Assembly: GCA_036265815.1 (NCBI GenBank)
Contig: DATAOI010000049.1
Span: forward strand, 12,126 to 76,125
DNA: 64,000 nt
Source: Gemmatimonadales bacterium
GTDB taxonomy: Bacteria > Gemmatimonadota > Gemmatimonadetes > Gemmatimonadales > GWC2-71-9
Direction of reading: 5' to 3'
This document shows, in pieces, positions 35,383 to 45,549 of this stretch. Each line of letters opens with the position of its first letter. The first letter of the stretch is position 1. Made by a program: the position numbers and the translations under genes. The notes below the pieces were generated by a model. It saw only the letters and a list, made by a program, of their open reading frames with translations, had not been told where the DNA came from and searched no databases.

Positions 35383-35667
35383 ATGAACGCCGGCATGCCC
35401 TTCGAACAGTTCCTCATCACCCTGAGCGCCATCATCGGGACGATCGTGGTTCTCCGTGGCCCGATCGGGCGGGCACTGGCGGCCCGTATCGAGGGCCAGC
35501 GTCCGCTCGCGCCGGCCGAGGCTCAGGAGCTGGAAGAGCTGCGCACCCGGGTCCTCTCGCTGGAGGAGGCGCGTGGCCAGCTGGCCGAGCTGCAGGAGCG
35601 GCAGGATTTCACCGAGCGCCTGCTCGCGCGACAGGCGCGCGCGCCGGAGCTGCCGCAGGAGGAGTGA
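35383..35667 (+). CDS. small membrane-anchored coiled-coil protein, unknown function
   Basis: ATG 35383 follows GGGAGG. The N-terminal TM segment FLITLSAIIGTIVVL is followed by the heptad-like ...ELEELRTRVLSLEEARGQLAELQERQDF... Confidence 0.55.
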   Translation: MNAGMPFEQFLITLSAIIGTIVVLRGPIGRALAARIEGQRPLAPAEAQELEELRTRVLSLEEARGQLAELQERQDFTERLLARQARAPELPQEE

Positions 35668-35670
35668 GCC

Positions 35671-36072
35671 ATGCCCAGAGTCGTGGAACAAGTGGTCGCA
35701 CTTCCGGCGCCGCCACGGTCGCTCTATGGGATGTACCTGGATCCGGAGCAGCACGCCGCCTTCACCGGCGGCGGAGCGGCTCGAATCGCAGCCACCCCGG
35801 GCACCGATTGGTCCGCCTTCGACGGCCGGATCCACGGACGTATCCTGGCACTCGTCCCCGACCGGCTCATCGTCCAGAGCTGGCGCAGCTTCGAATGGGC
35901 GGAGGACGATCTGGATTCCATCCTGGTCCTCTCCTTCTGGCCCGAAGCCGCGGGCACCCGGGTGGAGCTCACCCAGGCGAATGTGCCCGACAAGCTCTAT
36001 CAGAACCTGGTTTCGGGATGGCCCGTTCGATACTGGCATCCGTGGCAGGCGTACCTTGAGCGCGGAGCCTAG
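35671..36072 (+). CDS. SRPBCC/AHSA1-family protein
   Basis: ...LPAPPRSLYGMYLDPEQHAAFTG..., ...LIVQSWR...W..., ...TRVELTQANVP..., ...GWPVRYWHPWQAYL. This is the Aha1/START-like pattern. Confidence 0.75.
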   Translation: MPRVVEQVVALPAPPRSLYGMYLDPEQHAAFTGGGAARIAATPGTDWSAFDGRIHGRILALVPDRLIVQSWRSFEWAEDDLDSILVLSFWPEAAGTRVELTQANVPDKLYQNLVSGWPVRYWHPWQAYLERGA

Positions 36073-36172
36073 CATCATGCAGCGCCCGCTGCGCGACCAG
36101 GCTTGATTCCCACCGCGGACGACGTCAAGACGCTCATAGGCCGGGCCTTCAACCCGTCAGCGACCGGTCAGC

Positions 36173-36373
36173 GTGCCTGGGGCCGCCGAGCGCACGTGGT
36201 GGGATGTGCAACAGGAGCATTTCGCTCCGATCCCTTTCACCGAGGCTGCCGCGGTGGTAGCGTACTTGCGATGGAAGGCTGGAACGGCCACCCTGGCCGA
36301 GCATGAGCGCCGTAGCGTATCCGAGGCACTGCGGAGCTATTGGTTGGCACGGGTCGGAGAGCCTCCGGCCTGA
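36173..36373 (+). CDS. possible small hypothetical protein
   Basis: 66 aa, GTG start, coding-like composition. An overlapping ORF (36103-36306) has a natural-looking N-terminus, so a frameshifted single gene is possible. Confidence 0.3.
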   Translation: MPGAAERTWWDVQQEHFAPIPFTEAAAVVAYLRWKAGTATLAEHERRSVSEALRSYWLARVGEPPA

Positions 36374-36432
36374 ACGAGCCTGAGGCCACAGCCTGGGCGG
36401 CGCCGAACGACGACCCCTCTCATGCAGGAGCG

Positions 36433-36996
36433 ATGGTGACCCTCCCGGTGAATGCGGCCCTGATCCTGATCGACGTTCAGCAGGGGTTCGACGAGCCCCG
36501 GCTGGGCCCGCGCAACAATGCCGATGCCGAACAGCGGATTGCCAGCCTGCTGGCCGCCTGGCGTGACGCGCGGCGTCCGGTCATCCACGTTCAGCACATG
36601 TCGCGCGAGCCAGACTCGCCGTTCCGCCCGGAGCGTCGCGGCAACGCGTTCAAGGCCGAGGCGACGCCGCGCACGGACGAGCCCGTGTTCCAGAAGGAGG
36701 TCAACAGCGCGTTCATCGGCACCGAGCTCGAGGCGTACCTGCGTCGCCGCGACATTCAGGACCTGGTGATGGTGGGGCTCACCACCGATCACTGCGTGAG
36801 CACATCGGCGCGCATGGCCGCCAATCTCGGCTTTGCGGTGACCGTCGTTGCCGATGCAACGGCCACATTCGATCGGGTGAGTTATGACGGCACCTCGTTC
36901 GATGCCGAACAGATGCACCAGGCCGCCCTGACAAGTCTGCACTCCGAGTTCGCCACCATACGCCAGAGCCACGAGCTGCTCTCCGCCGCTCGATGA
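36433..36996 (+). CDS. isochorismatase-family cysteine hydrolase
   Basis: ...ALILIDVQQGF..., ...VFQKEVNSAF..., ...LVMVGLTTDHCVSTSAR... (D-K-C catalytic-triad pattern). ATG follows CAGGAG. Confidence 0.85.
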   Translation: MVTLPVNAALILIDVQQGFDEPRLGPRNNADAEQRIASLLAAWRDARRPVIHVQHMSREPDSPFRPERRGNAFKAEATPRTDEPVFQKEVNSAFIGTELEAYLRRRDIQDLVMVGLTTDHCVSTSARMAANLGFAVTVVADATATFDRVSYDGTSFDAEQMHQAALTSLHSEFATIRQSHELLSAAR

Positions 36997-37916
36997 CTCG
37001 GCTCGGCCTCCTCTTGTTCGGGGCACTCTCCGCGGGATGCGCGTCTCCCTCTCGCGATGCCACTCCCTCTCGCGATGCCACCCCGCCGCTCTGGCGGGTA
37101 TACCAGGGCGCGCTCAAGACCGCGAAGTACGTCGACCTGACACACGCGATCACGCCGTCGATCCCCTTGTGGCCGGGCTTCGAGCCTGCCGTCTTCGGAC
37201 CCGCGGTCGATCCCAAGACCAAGGTCCCCTACACCTGGGCCAAGGACGGGTTCGAGGCGACACGATACGTGCTGCCCACGGACCAGCTCGGCACCCAGCT
37301 CGATCCGCCGGCGCATTGGAGCCCCGACTATCCCGCGATCGACGAGCTGCCGCCGACGTTCGCCGTTCGTCCGCTGGTGGTGATATCGATCGTGGAGCAG
37401 GTCGCGAAGCAGCCCGGGTACCACCTCTCGGTCGATGACATCCACGGCTGGGAGGCGGCCCACGGCAGGATTCCGGAGGGGTCCGTGGTGTTCATCCGGT
37501 CAGGCTGGTCGAAGGACTGGTCCGATCCCAAGCTCGAGAGCCGGAGTCCCTTTCCGGGCGTCTCGCTGGCCGCGCTCAAGTTCCTCCACGAGGAGCGTCA
37601 CATCCTGCTCCACGGGCACGAGCCGCTCGACACCGATACGACGGCCACGCTCGAGGGAGAGGCCTGGCTGCTGCAGCACGGCTACACTCAGGCGGAAGGT
37701 GTGGCCAATCTCGACCAGGTGCCGGAAGTGGGGGCCCTGGTGGCGATAGGATTTCCCAAGTTCCAGGGAGGCGTGGGCGGGTACGCCCGCTTCATCGCCA
37801 TCTGCCCGCCGGACTGGAAATACGGCGTCTCGGTGGGCCAGGTCCCGGAGAGTCCGCTCGCCCGGGCGGCCAAGCCCCTGCACTGGGACAAGACGCTCGG
37901 CATGCGGGTGAGATGA
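36993..37916 (+). CDS. cyclase-family (kynurenine-formamidase-like) lipoprotein
   Basis: Lipobox LSAGC. ...VDLTHAI...PLWPG..., ...GTQLDPPAHW..., ...GSVVFIRSGW..., ...LLHGHEPLDTD... ATG overlaps the upstream TGA. Confidence 0.8.
   Translation: MTRLGLLLFGALSAGCASPSRDATPSRDATPPLWRVYQGALKTAKYVDLTHAITPSIPLWPGFEPAVFGPAVDPKTKVPYTWAKDGFEATRYVLPTDQLGTQLDPPAHWSPDYPAIDELPPTFAVRPLVVISIVEQVAKQPGYHLSVDDIHGWEAAHGRIPEGSVVFIRSGWSKDWSDPKLESRSPFPGVSLAALKFLHEERHILLHGHEPLDTDTTATLEGEAWLLQHGYTQAEGVANLDQVPEVGALVAIGFPKFQGGVGGYARFIAICPPDWKYGVSVGQVPESPLARAAKPLHWDKTLGMRVR
37046..37081 (+). repeat. perfect 18-bp tandem duplication (tccctctcgcgatgccac x2) inside the cyclase gene
   Basis: Read directly from the sequence. 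Encodes PSRDAT-PSRDAT just after the lipobox Cys. Confidence 0.9.
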
Positions 37917-38590
37917 TGGCGAATCCTGGAGAAGTCTTGGCCCGCGAGAACCTGATCGCCTACTACGGGCGTCGGGCGGAAGAGTACGAGCAGATCTACG
38001 CCAAACCCGAGCGGCAGGCCGACCTGTCAGGCGTGCGCGCCTGGTTGCGAGAGGCCCTGGCTGGTCACCGCATCCTCGAGGCGGCCTGCGGCACTGGCTA
38101 CTGGACCGCCGAAACGGCTCCCGGTGCCGAAGCGATCGTCGCGACCGACGCGAGCTCCGAGGTGCTCGCGCTCGCCCGGCGGAAGCACTACCCTGCAGGC
38201 CGGGTGAGCTTCGTCCAGGCCGATGCCTACGCCCTCGATCGTGTGCCCGGGAACTTTACCGCCGGCTTCGCGGCCTTCTGGTGGTCACACGTGCCGCTCG
38301 AGCGGCAGAGCGCCTTTCTCCTCGGCCTGCATCAGCGACTCGGCGCTGGCGCGACGGTCCTATTTCTGGACAATCGCTACGTCGCCGGCAGCAGCACGCC
38401 CCTTTCCCGCCGCGACGCCGCCGGTAATACCTACCAGCGGCGCCGACTCGCCGACGGCACCGAATACGAGGTGCTGAAGAACTTTCCCGACCGAGCCGAG
38501 CTGGAGGCGGCGCTGTTGCCGAGGGCGGCAAGTCTGCGGGTGACGGAGTTCGCGTATTACTGGGGAGCGTGCTATCGAGTTCGCGAGTAG
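37913..38590 (+). CDS. class I SAM-dependent methyltransferase
   Basis: Motif I ILEAACGTGYWT, ...VATDAS..., ...FVQADAY... ATG overlaps the cyclase TGA. Confidence 0.85.
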   Translation: MMANPGEVLARENLIAYYGRRAEEYEQIYAKPERQADLSGVRAWLREALAGHRILEAACGTGYWTAETAPGAEAIVATDASSEVLALARRKHYPAGRVSFVQADAYALDRVPGNFTAGFAAFWWSHVPLERQSAFLLGLHQRLGAGATVLFLDNRYVAGSSTPLSRRDAAGNTYQRRRLADGTEYEVLKNFPDRAELEAALLPRAASLRVTEFAYYWGACYRVRE

Positions 38591-38591
38591 C

Positions 38592-40154
38592 TCACTCCCA
38601 CTCGATCGTCGCCGGCGGCTTCGAGCTCACGTCGTACACCACCCGGTTCACCCCATCCACCTCGTTGGCGATCCGGTTCGACACCCGGGCCAGCACGTCG
38701 GGCGGGAACGGAAACCAGTCCGCCGTCATTCCGTCCCGGCTGGTGACCGCCCGCAATGCGATCACCTGGTCGTAGGTGCGGCCGTCGCCCTGCACCCCGA
38801 CCGAGCGGATCGGGAGCAGCACGGCGAACGCCTGCCAGATGTCGTCGTACAGACCGGCGGCGCGGATCTCCTCGATGTACACCTGGTCGGCCCGCCGGAG
38901 GATGGTGAGGTTCTCGGGTGTGACCTCGCCCAGGATCCGGATGGCGAGTCCCGGCCCCGGAAACGGGTGCCGCCCCACCATCTCCTCGGGCAAACCCAGC
39001 TCTCGGCCCACCTGGCGCACCTCGTCCTTGAACAGCTCCCTGAGCGGCTCCAGCAATTGAAACGGCAGCCGCTCGGGCAGCCCACCGACGTTGTGATGGG
39101 TCTTGATGGTGACCGACGGCCCGCCCAGGGGAGAGAGGGACTCGATCACGTCGGGATACAGCGTCCCCTGCACGAGGAAACCGGCTCCCGGACCCACCGA
39201 GCGAGCCTCGCGCTCGAACACGTCGATGAAGGTGTGCCCGATCCGGCGCCGCTTCTCCTCCGGGTCGGTGATCCCGGCCAGCCGCGCCAGGAACTCCGCG
39301 CTGGCGTCCACCACCCGGAGATCGATGCCCAAGTGCCGGCGAAAGGTCGACTCCACCTGCTCCCGCTCGTGCATCCGGAGCAGCCCATGGTCCACGAAGA
39401 TGCAGGTGAGCCGGTCACCCACGGCCCGGTGCACCAGCACGGCCGCGACCGACGAATCGACGCCGCCGGAGAGCCCGCAGATGACCCGCTTGTCGGGGCC
39501 GACCAGCTCCGCCACCCGGGCTACCTCGCTCTCCACGAAGTGTCCCGCCGTCCAGTCCGGGGTGCAGCCGCAGACCTCGAACAGGAAGTTGCTGAGGATC
39601 TCTCCGCCTCGCGGCGTGTGGGCGACCTCGGGATGGAACTGCACGCCGTAGAGCGGACGTTCCACGTGCTCGATCGCCGCCACCGGCGAATTGCGACTCG
39701 ACGCCGTGACCCGGTAACCGGGCGGCGCCACGTCCACGTGATCGCCGTGGCTCATCCACACCGGAGTCTCCTCACCCCGGCCGAACCCCTGAAACAGCTT
39801 GCCGCCATCGACCGTGACGTTGGCGCGCCCGTACTCGCGCCGGTCGGCCCGCTTGACGTTGCCACCGGAGAGCTGGGCCAGGATCTGCATCCCATAACAC
39901 AATCCCAGCACCGGCGTACCGAGCTCCAGGAGCTCGGGGTCGGCGGTCGGAACGCTCTCGCCGTAGACCGAGTTCGGGCCGCCTGAGAGAATGATGCCCT
40001 TGGGCTTCCACCGGCGGATCCAGTCCACCGTGCGCGACGGCGGATGGATCTCGCAGTAGACGTGCGCCTCCCGCACCCGCCGAGCGATCAACTGGGTGTA
40101 CTGGGAGCCGAAGTCGATGATCAGGATGCCTTCGTGGTGGGCCGGCACGGTCAC
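38592..40154 (-). CDS. guaA: GMP synthase (glutamine-hydrolysing)
   Basis: GATase [11 protein letters not shown]-PPase SGGVDSS, C-terminal ...[12 protein letters not shown] 40154 overlaps the lysA TGA (GTGA). Confidence 0.95.
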   Translation of the reverse strand: MTVPAHHEGILIIDFGSQYTQLIARRVREAHVYCEIHPPSRTVDWIRRWKPKGIILSGGPNSVYGESVPTADPELLELGTPVLGLCYGMQILAQLSGGNVKRADRREYGRANVTVDGGKLFQGFGRGEETPVWMSHGDHVDVAPPGYRVTASSRNSPVAAIEHVERPLYGVQFHPEVAHTPRGGEILSNFLFEVCGCTPDWTAGHFVESEVARVAELVGPDKRVICGLSGGVDSSVAAVLVHRAVGDRLTCIFVDHGLLRMHEREQVESTFRRHLGIDLRVVDASAEFLARLAGITDPEEKRRRIGHTFIDVFEREARSVGPGAGFLVQGTLYPDVIESLSPLGGPSVTIKTHHNVGGLPERLPFQLLEPLRELFKDEVRQVGRELGLPEEMVGRHPFPGPGLAIRILGEVTPENLTILRRADQVYIEEIRAAGLYDDIWQAFAVLLPIRSVGVQGDGRTYDQVIALRAVTSRDGMTADWFPFPPDVLARVSNRIANEVDGVNRVVYDVSSKPPATIEWE

Positions 40155-41437
40155 GGTACGACCCTCTCCGTCTGAAACAGCTCGTCCACTCGCTCCCGCG
40201 GCCGGGCGACCCACCAGCGTCCCCGGTCTACGATCACCTCGGCGGGGCGAGGCCGGCTATTGTAATTGGACGCCATCACGAAACCGTAGGCCCCGGCCCC
40301 GAGCACCGCGAGCCGGTCGCCGGCCAACACGCCAGGCAGCTCGCGGTCGAGCGCCAGGAAATCACCCGTTTCACACACCGGGCCCACCACGTCCACCCGC
40401 TCCGCGGAGCGCCCGGCGGATTGCAGCTCCACGATCTCATGGTACGCCTGGTAGTGGCTGGGCCGGACCAGGTCGTTCATCCCCGCATCCACCACCACGA
40501 ACTCCTTGCCTCCCGAGTGCTTCCGGTAGATGACCTCGGTGAGCAGCACGCCGGCACTCCCCACCAGGAAGCGGCCCGGCTCGACGTAGACGGTGTAGCC
40601 GCTGGGGCGGAGGAGCGGGACCACCGCGGCGGCGAACTGCTCCGGATCCATGACGCGCTCGTCGGCGTACCGGATGGCGAGCCCACCGCCGATGTCGATG
40701 ACCCGGAGTGACTCGATACCTGCTGCTCTCACCCCCTCGGCGAGTTGCAGCAGGCGACCGATTCCCTGGCGGAAGGGGAGTGTGTCGGCGAGCTGGCTGC
40801 CCAGATGCATCGCCAGCGTGGTGAGCTCGAGCATCGGGTGGCGGGCCACCAGCTCCGCGGCCGCAAGGACTTGGTCGGCCGGGATACCGAACTTGATGCC
40901 GCTCTTCCCGGTCGAGATGTAGGGATGGGTGTCGGTGGTGATGTCCGGGTTCACCCGGATCCCGACCGACACCGGGATCCGTTCCTCCGCGGCGATACAC
41001 GACAGCCGCTCGAGCTCCGCGCGCGACTCCACGTTGAGATGGCCGAGCCGGGCCCGCACTGCGCCGCGGAGCTCCGCATCGGTCTTCCCCACCCCGCTGA
41101 AGACGATCCGGTCCGGGGCAAAGCCCGCGGCCAGTGCCCGCGCCATCTCGCCTCCGGAGACGATATCGGCGCCGGCGCCCGCATCCCGCAGCACCCGCAA
41201 CACGCCGAGCGTGCTGTTGGCCTTGACCGCGAAGCAGATGCGGTGGGGAATGGCCGCCAGGGCCCGATCGAGGACCGCGTAGCGCGAGCGGATGGCGGCG
41301 GCATTGTAGACGTACACCGGCGTGCCCACGTCCGCGGCGATCTCGCCCAGCGCCACGCCGCCCAGCCGGAGCGTCCCCTCCTCTCTCGCGAGCCCGGCGT
41401 CGGCCAGGAGGTCGGTGGTCAGTACGCTTTCGCCCAC
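40151..41437 (-). CDS. lysA: diaminopimelate decarboxylase
   Basis: ...[23 protein letters not shown]..., PLP-Lys in CFAVKAN, ...EPGR.... The start must lie upstream of the conserved LRLGGV. Only GTG 41437 (19-nt overlap with proS) or CTG 41422 fit. Confidence 0.9.
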   Translation of the reverse strand: MGESVLTTDLLADAGLAREEGTLRLGGVALGEIAADVGTPVYVYNAAAIRSRYAVLDRALAAIPHRICFAVKANSTLGVLRVLRDAGAGADIVSGGEMARALAAGFAPDRIVFSGVGKTDAELRGAVRARLGHLNVESRAELERLSCIAAEERIPVSVGIRVNPDITTDTHPYISTGKSGIKFGIPADQVLAAAELVARHPMLELTTLAMHLGSQLADTLPFRQGIGRLLQLAEGVRAAGIESLRVIDIGGGLAIRYADERVMDPEQFAAAVVPLLRPSGYTVYVEPGRFLVGSAGVLLTEVIYRKHSGGKEFVVVDAGMNDLVRPSHYQAYHEIVELQSAGRSAERVDVVGPVCETGDFLALDRELPGVLAGDRLAVLGAGAYGFVMASNYNSRPRPAEVIVDRGRWWVARPRERVDELFQTERVVP

Positions 41438-42867
41438 ACCGCCTCGGTAACGCTGGGGCGACCGCACCACATGCAGCTGGTCGGGGCCACGGCCGAGCGG
41501 AACTCCTCGTCCGGCAGGACCCGAATGGTGGCCTTGGTCTTCTCCTTGATCTCGGCCTCGCAGGCCGGGTCGCCGCAGAAGCCGGCGTACACGAAGCCGC
41601 CGTTGGCCTCCATGTGAGCCAGGAACTGCGCCTTGGTGGCCCCGCGGATGCTGGCCGCCTCCCGCCGCGCCCGGGCGGTCTCCAGCAGATCGCTCTGCAT
41701 CCGGTTCATGATCTCGTGCACCTGGGCCGCGATCCCCGCCATCTGCAGGTTCTCTTTCTTCCCCCCGGTCCGCCGGGCGAGCACGACCGCGCTTGCCGCC
41801 ACGTCCCGCGGACCGACCTCGAGGCGCAGCGGGGCACCGCGTCCCTCCCACTCGTAGTACTTGGCGCCGGGCTTCATCCCGTCGCGGACGTCGAGATGCA
41901 CCCGGATGCCCGCGCCGGCCAGCTCCTTCCGCATCCGGTCGGAGGCCTCGAGCACGGTGCCGCGCTCCTCATCGGTCCGGTAGATCGGCACGATCACCAC
42001 CTGGTGCTGCGCCAGCCGCGGCGGGCATACCAGACCGGCGTCGTCACCGTGCGTCATGATGAGCGCTCCCACCAAGCGGGTCGACACGCCCCATGACGTG
42101 TTCCAGACGTGGTCCAGCTCGCCGCCCGCGGTCTGGAAGGTCACCTCGAATGCCCGGGCGAAGTTCTGGCCGAGGTTGTGGCTGGTGCCCGCCTGGAGCG
42201 CTTTGTTGTCCTGCATCAGCGCTTCGCAGCTGTAGGTGCGGAGCGCGCCCGCGAACCGCTCGCTGTCGGTCTTCCGGCCGGTCACCACCGGCATCGCCAT
42301 CCACTCTTCCATGAAGGTCCGGTACACCCCCAGCATCCGGAGGGTCTCCTCCTCCGCCTCCGCCTCGGTGGCATGCGCCGTATGGCCCTCCTGCCAGAGG
42401 AACTCGGTGGTCCGGAGAAAGAGCCGGGTCCGCATCTCCCAGCGGACCACGTTGGCCCACTGGTTGATCAGCACCGGGAGATCCCGGTAGCTCTGGATCC
42501 ACTTGGCGTACATCGCGTAGATGATGGTCTCGGAGGTGGGCCGAACCACCAGCGGCTCCTCCAGCTCCTTGCCGCCACCGTGGGTCACCACCGCCGTCTC
42601 CGGCGCGAAGCCCTCGACGTGCGCCGCCTCGCGGGAGAGGAAGCTCTGGGGGATGAAGAGTGGGAAGTAGGCGTTCTGGTGCCCGGTGTCTTTGAACATC
42701 TGGTCCAGGGCGCGCTGCATCTGCTCCCAGATGGCGTAGCCGTTGGGCCGGATGACCATGCACCCGCGGACCGGACTGTAGTCGGCCAGCTCGGCCCGGG
42801 CGATGAGCTCGTTGTACCAGGCGCTGAAATCGGCCGCGCGGGGAGTGAGCGCCTTGTTCTCAGCCAT
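41419..42867 (-). CDS. proS: proline--tRNA ligase, archaeal/eukaryote-like type (no INS editing domain, C-terminal Zn-domain ending in Tyr)
   Basis: [22 protein letters not shown]..., class-II motifs ...RPTSET..., ...[10 protein letters not shown]..., C-terminal ...[18 protein letters not shown]. Confidence 0.95.
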   Translation of the reverse strand: MAENKALTPRAADFSAWYNELIARAELADYSPVRGCMVIRPNGYAIWEQMQRALDQMFKDTGHQNAYFPLFIPQSFLSREAAHVEGFAPETAVVTHGGGKELEEPLVVRPTSETIIYAMYAKWIQSYRDLPVLINQWANVVRWEMRTRLFLRTTEFLWQEGHTAHATEAEAEEETLRMLGVYRTFMEEWMAMPVVTGRKTDSERFAGALRTYSCEALMQDNKALQAGTSHNLGQNFARAFEVTFQTAGGELDHVWNTSWGVSTRLVGALIMTHGDDAGLVCPPRLAQHQVVIVPIYRTDEERGTVLEASDRMRKELAGAGIRVHLDVRDGMKPGAKYYEWEGRGAPLRLEVGPRDVAASAVVLARRTGGKKENLQMAGIAAQVHEIMNRMQSDLLETARARREAASIRGATKAQFLAHMEANGGFVYAGFCGDPACEAEIKEKTKATIRVLPDEEFRSAVAPTSCMWCGRPSVTEAVWAKAY

Positions 42868-44176
42868 GACGGGGTGCACCGGTGGTCACGTGGGTGAGGA
42901 GGTGCGCGACCGCGTCCTGGCGGGATACCGCGCCCTGCGACTTGGAGACCAGGTCCTTGACCATCACCTCGCCGCGGGCGCGGTCGTCCGGACCGATGAC
43001 AACGGCCAGCCGGGCATTCCGGGCGTCGGCCAGCTTGAGCTGCCGGCCCACCGCCTGGGCGTTGAGCGCGTACTCCACCCGGAGTCCGGCATCCCGAAGG
43101 TCGTGGGCCAGGGCCAGGACGTGAGGCAGATCGTCTTCGGTCACTCCGGCGAGAAACGCATCGATGCTCGACACCGTGTCGGGCAACAAGCCGCGATCCC
43201 TGAGCAACTCGGTCAGGACCACGTCGCCCATGCCGAAGCCCTGGGCCGGGAGATCGACGCCGGCAAGCGCCTGGAGCAGCGAGTCGTAGCGCCCGCCGCC
43301 ACAGATGGCACGGAGGCTCCGGCCCGCGTCGAACAGCTCGAAGACGGTACCGGTGTAGTACGCCAGACCGCGCACAATGGTGAGATCGACCTCGAGGAAG
43401 TCGGCAAGCCCCATCGCCTCGAGCGCCTGGACCAACCCGCGGAGCGGTGCCGCCGCCGCCTCTCCTCCCGGCGCCGCTGCCAGCGCGGCCTCGACCGCCG
43501 GGAGTCCCCTGAGCGCCGCGATCTCGAACACCCGGTCGATCGCCGGGGAGGCAAACCGGGCGGCCTCGAGCTGGGCGGCCAGCGCAGGCCGATCGACCCG
43601 CTCGATCTTGTCCACCGCCCCGTAGGCGGTGTCCAGCTGGGCCTCGCTGACGCCCGCGTCGAGCAGCAGTGTGCGCAGCACCCGCCGATCCGACACCCGC
43701 ACGCGCACGTCCCGAGGGCCCAGCCCGAACGCGCGCATGACATCGACCGCCAGCGCGATGACCTCGGCGTCGCCCAGCGGGCCCGGCTCGCCGATCAGAT
43801 CGCAGTTGAGCTGGAAGTGCTCTCGAAGCCGCCCCCGTTGTTGCCGCTCGTAGCGGAAGAGCTGGGGGATGGCGAACCACCGGATCGGCTTCTTCATCCC
43901 GTTGGCCCGGGCTGCCACCATGCGGGCCAGCGTGGGCGTCATCTCCGGCCGCAAGGCGACTTCGCGTCCGCCCTTGTCGATGAAGTTGTAGAGCTGGCCC
44001 ACGATCTCATCGCCGCTCTTGGCGGTGTAGAGCTCGAGCGGCTCCAGCGGCGGCCCGTCGTACTCCTCGAAGCCGTAGCGGGCGGCCACGGCGCGCCAGG
44101 TGCGGAAGATATGGGAGCGCAATGCGAGATCGGCGGGGTAAAATTCCCGAAATCCCGGCAGGGCCTTGGTTTGCAT
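42860..44176 (-). CDS. hisS: histidine--tRNA ligase
   Basis: [14 protein letters not shown]..., ...[13 protein letters not shown]..., ...[11 protein letters not shown]... The 3' end overlaps the proS start by 8 nt. Confidence 0.95.
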   Translation of the reverse strand: MQTKALPGFREFYPADLALRSHIFRTWRAVAARYGFEEYDGPPLEPLELYTAKSGDEIVGQLYNFIDKGGREVALRPEMTPTLARMVAARANGMKKPIRWFAIPQLFRYERQQRGRLREHFQLNCDLIGEPGPLGDAEVIALAVDVMRAFGLGPRDVRVRVSDRRVLRTLLLDAGVSEAQLDTAYGAVDKIERVDRPALAAQLEAARFASPAIDRVFEIAALRGLPAVEAALAAAPGGEAAAAPLRGLVQALEAMGLADFLEVDLTIVRGLAYYTGTVFELFDAGRSLRAICGGGRYDSLLQALAGVDLPAQGFGMGDVVLTELLRDRGLLPDTVSSIDAFLAGVTEDDLPHVLALAHDLRDAGLRVEYALNAQAVGRQLKLADARNARLAVVIGPDDRARGEVMVKDLVSKSQGAVSRQDAVAHLLTHVTTGAPRHG

Positions 44177-44219
44177 GGGGGGATTATAGTGACGGCCTCC
44201 GCTCCGGGCCATGCCCGTC

Positions 44220-45461
44220 TCAGCCCACATCGACCCCTCGCGCCGTCATCACGTCGCCCACGGTGTGGAACGAGCCGGTGACCAGCACGGTGCCCGCGGA
44301 TTCCTCCACTTTATGCAGCGCTTCCCCGAAATCGGGCACCAACGTCCAGGCCGCCCGGGCCGGCGGCCGCCCGCGATCGCGCAGCCAGCGCTGGAGCCAT
44401 TGCGTGTTCCACCCCCGGCCGGCGGCGCTGGGCGCGACGGTGAGAATGCCGCGGTCGATCACCCGATCGAGCTGGACCAGCATCTCGGGCCATTCCTTGT
44501 CGCCCAGAATGGAGACCAGGGCGTGCAGCGGCCGCGGTGGCCGGATGACCTCGAGCGCCGCGATCAACGCCCGGATCCCGTCCGGATTGTGGGCCACGTC
44601 GAACAGCCACTTCCCGTAGCGGTCGAGCCGGCCGGGAACCCGGGCGGACTCGAAGCCACGCTCCACCGCCTCCATCGGCGGGCGGTACCTCGCGGGGAGC
44701 GCCATCAGGACGGCGTGGGCCACTCCCGCGTTCCGCCGCTGGTGCGGCCCCACCAGGCTCAGCGGGCCGGTCCACTCGTAGTCGGGAGGCAGCACCCGGA
44801 TGTCGGCCGGCGCGGCGGGATCGATCCGCGCCACCGCCCGCCTGGCCTCACGCCGCAGTACCTCGACCAGGGCCGGGTCTCGCTCCCCGATGATGAACGG
44901 CGCGCCCGGCTTGGCGATCCCCGCCTTCTCGCAGGCGATCTTTTCCAGCGTGTCGCCCAGGTACTTCATGTGGTCCCGCTCGATCTTGGTCAGCGCGCTC
45001 ACCAGCGGCCGGAGCACGTTGGTGCTGTCGAGCCGTCCGCCGAGCCCGACCTCGGCCACGACGATGTCCACGCCCCTGGCCGCGAAGTCGGCGAAGGCGA
45101 TGGCGGTGCTGGCCTCGAAGAAGGTGGCCTTCCGCTCCAGGATGAGCGGGCGCAGGCAGTCGGTCCACATCGCGACCGCGGCCTCGCTGATCGGCACCCC
45201 GTTCACCCGGATCCGCTCCCGGAACGAGACCAGGTGGGGCGAGGTGAAGAGCCCGACCCGGTACCCGGCCTCCTGCAGGGCGGACGCCACCAGGGTGGAC
45301 ACGCTCCCCTTCCCATTGGTCCCGCCGACGTGGATGACCGCGGTCTGGTCCTGGGGCCGCCCGAGGTGGTCGAGCAACGCACGGGTGCTGGCCAGACCGA
45401 ATTTGATGCTGGTGGTCCGGGGAAAGAGGAACTCGAGCGCTTGGTCGTAGGTCAGCGGCAT
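44220..45461 (-). CDS. folC: bifunctional folylpolyglutamate synthase / dihydrofolate synthase
   Basis: ...IHVGGTNGKGSV..., ...VAEVGLGGRLDSTN..., Mur-ligase fold. ATG 45461 chosen inside the longer track ORF. Confidence 0.9.
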   Translation of the reverse strand: MPLTYDQALEFLFPRTTSIKFGLASTRALLDHLGRPQDQTAVIHVGGTNGKGSVSTLVASALQEAGYRVGLFTSPHLVSFRERIRVNGVPISEAAVAMWTDCLRPLILERKATFFEASTAIAFADFAARGVDIVVAEVGLGGRLDSTNVLRPLVSALTKIERDHMKYLGDTLEKIACEKAGIAKPGAPFIIGERDPALVEVLRREARRAVARIDPAAPADIRVLPPDYEWTGPLSLVGPHQRRNAGVAHAVLMALPARYRPPMEAVERGFESARVPGRLDRYGKWLFDVAHNPDGIRALIAALEVIRPPRPLHALVSILGDKEWPEMLVQLDRVIDRGILTVAPSAAGRGWNTQWLQRWLRDRGRPPARAAWTLVPDFGEALHKVEESAGTVLVTGSFHTVGDVMTARGVDVG

Positions 45462-45549
45462 TCTGGCTCGTCGGGACGCGCGGGCACCAATAACGACGAC
45501 GCCCCACCCGGTGCCGGAGTGGGGCGTCGGAGCCATTCGGCCGCTCCCG

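Noticed and set aside
25538-38590. Looked for toxin-antitoxin pairs, restriction-modification, or known defence-system hallmarks (nucleases, helicases, STAND ATPases, TIR/SIR2, reverse transcriptase) in the accessory block.
   Set aside because: None of the ORFs shows such motifs. The two methyltransferases have small-molecule or protein-type class I folds without adjacent nucleases or DNA-MTase motifs (no DPPY/NPPY or PCQ motifs seen).
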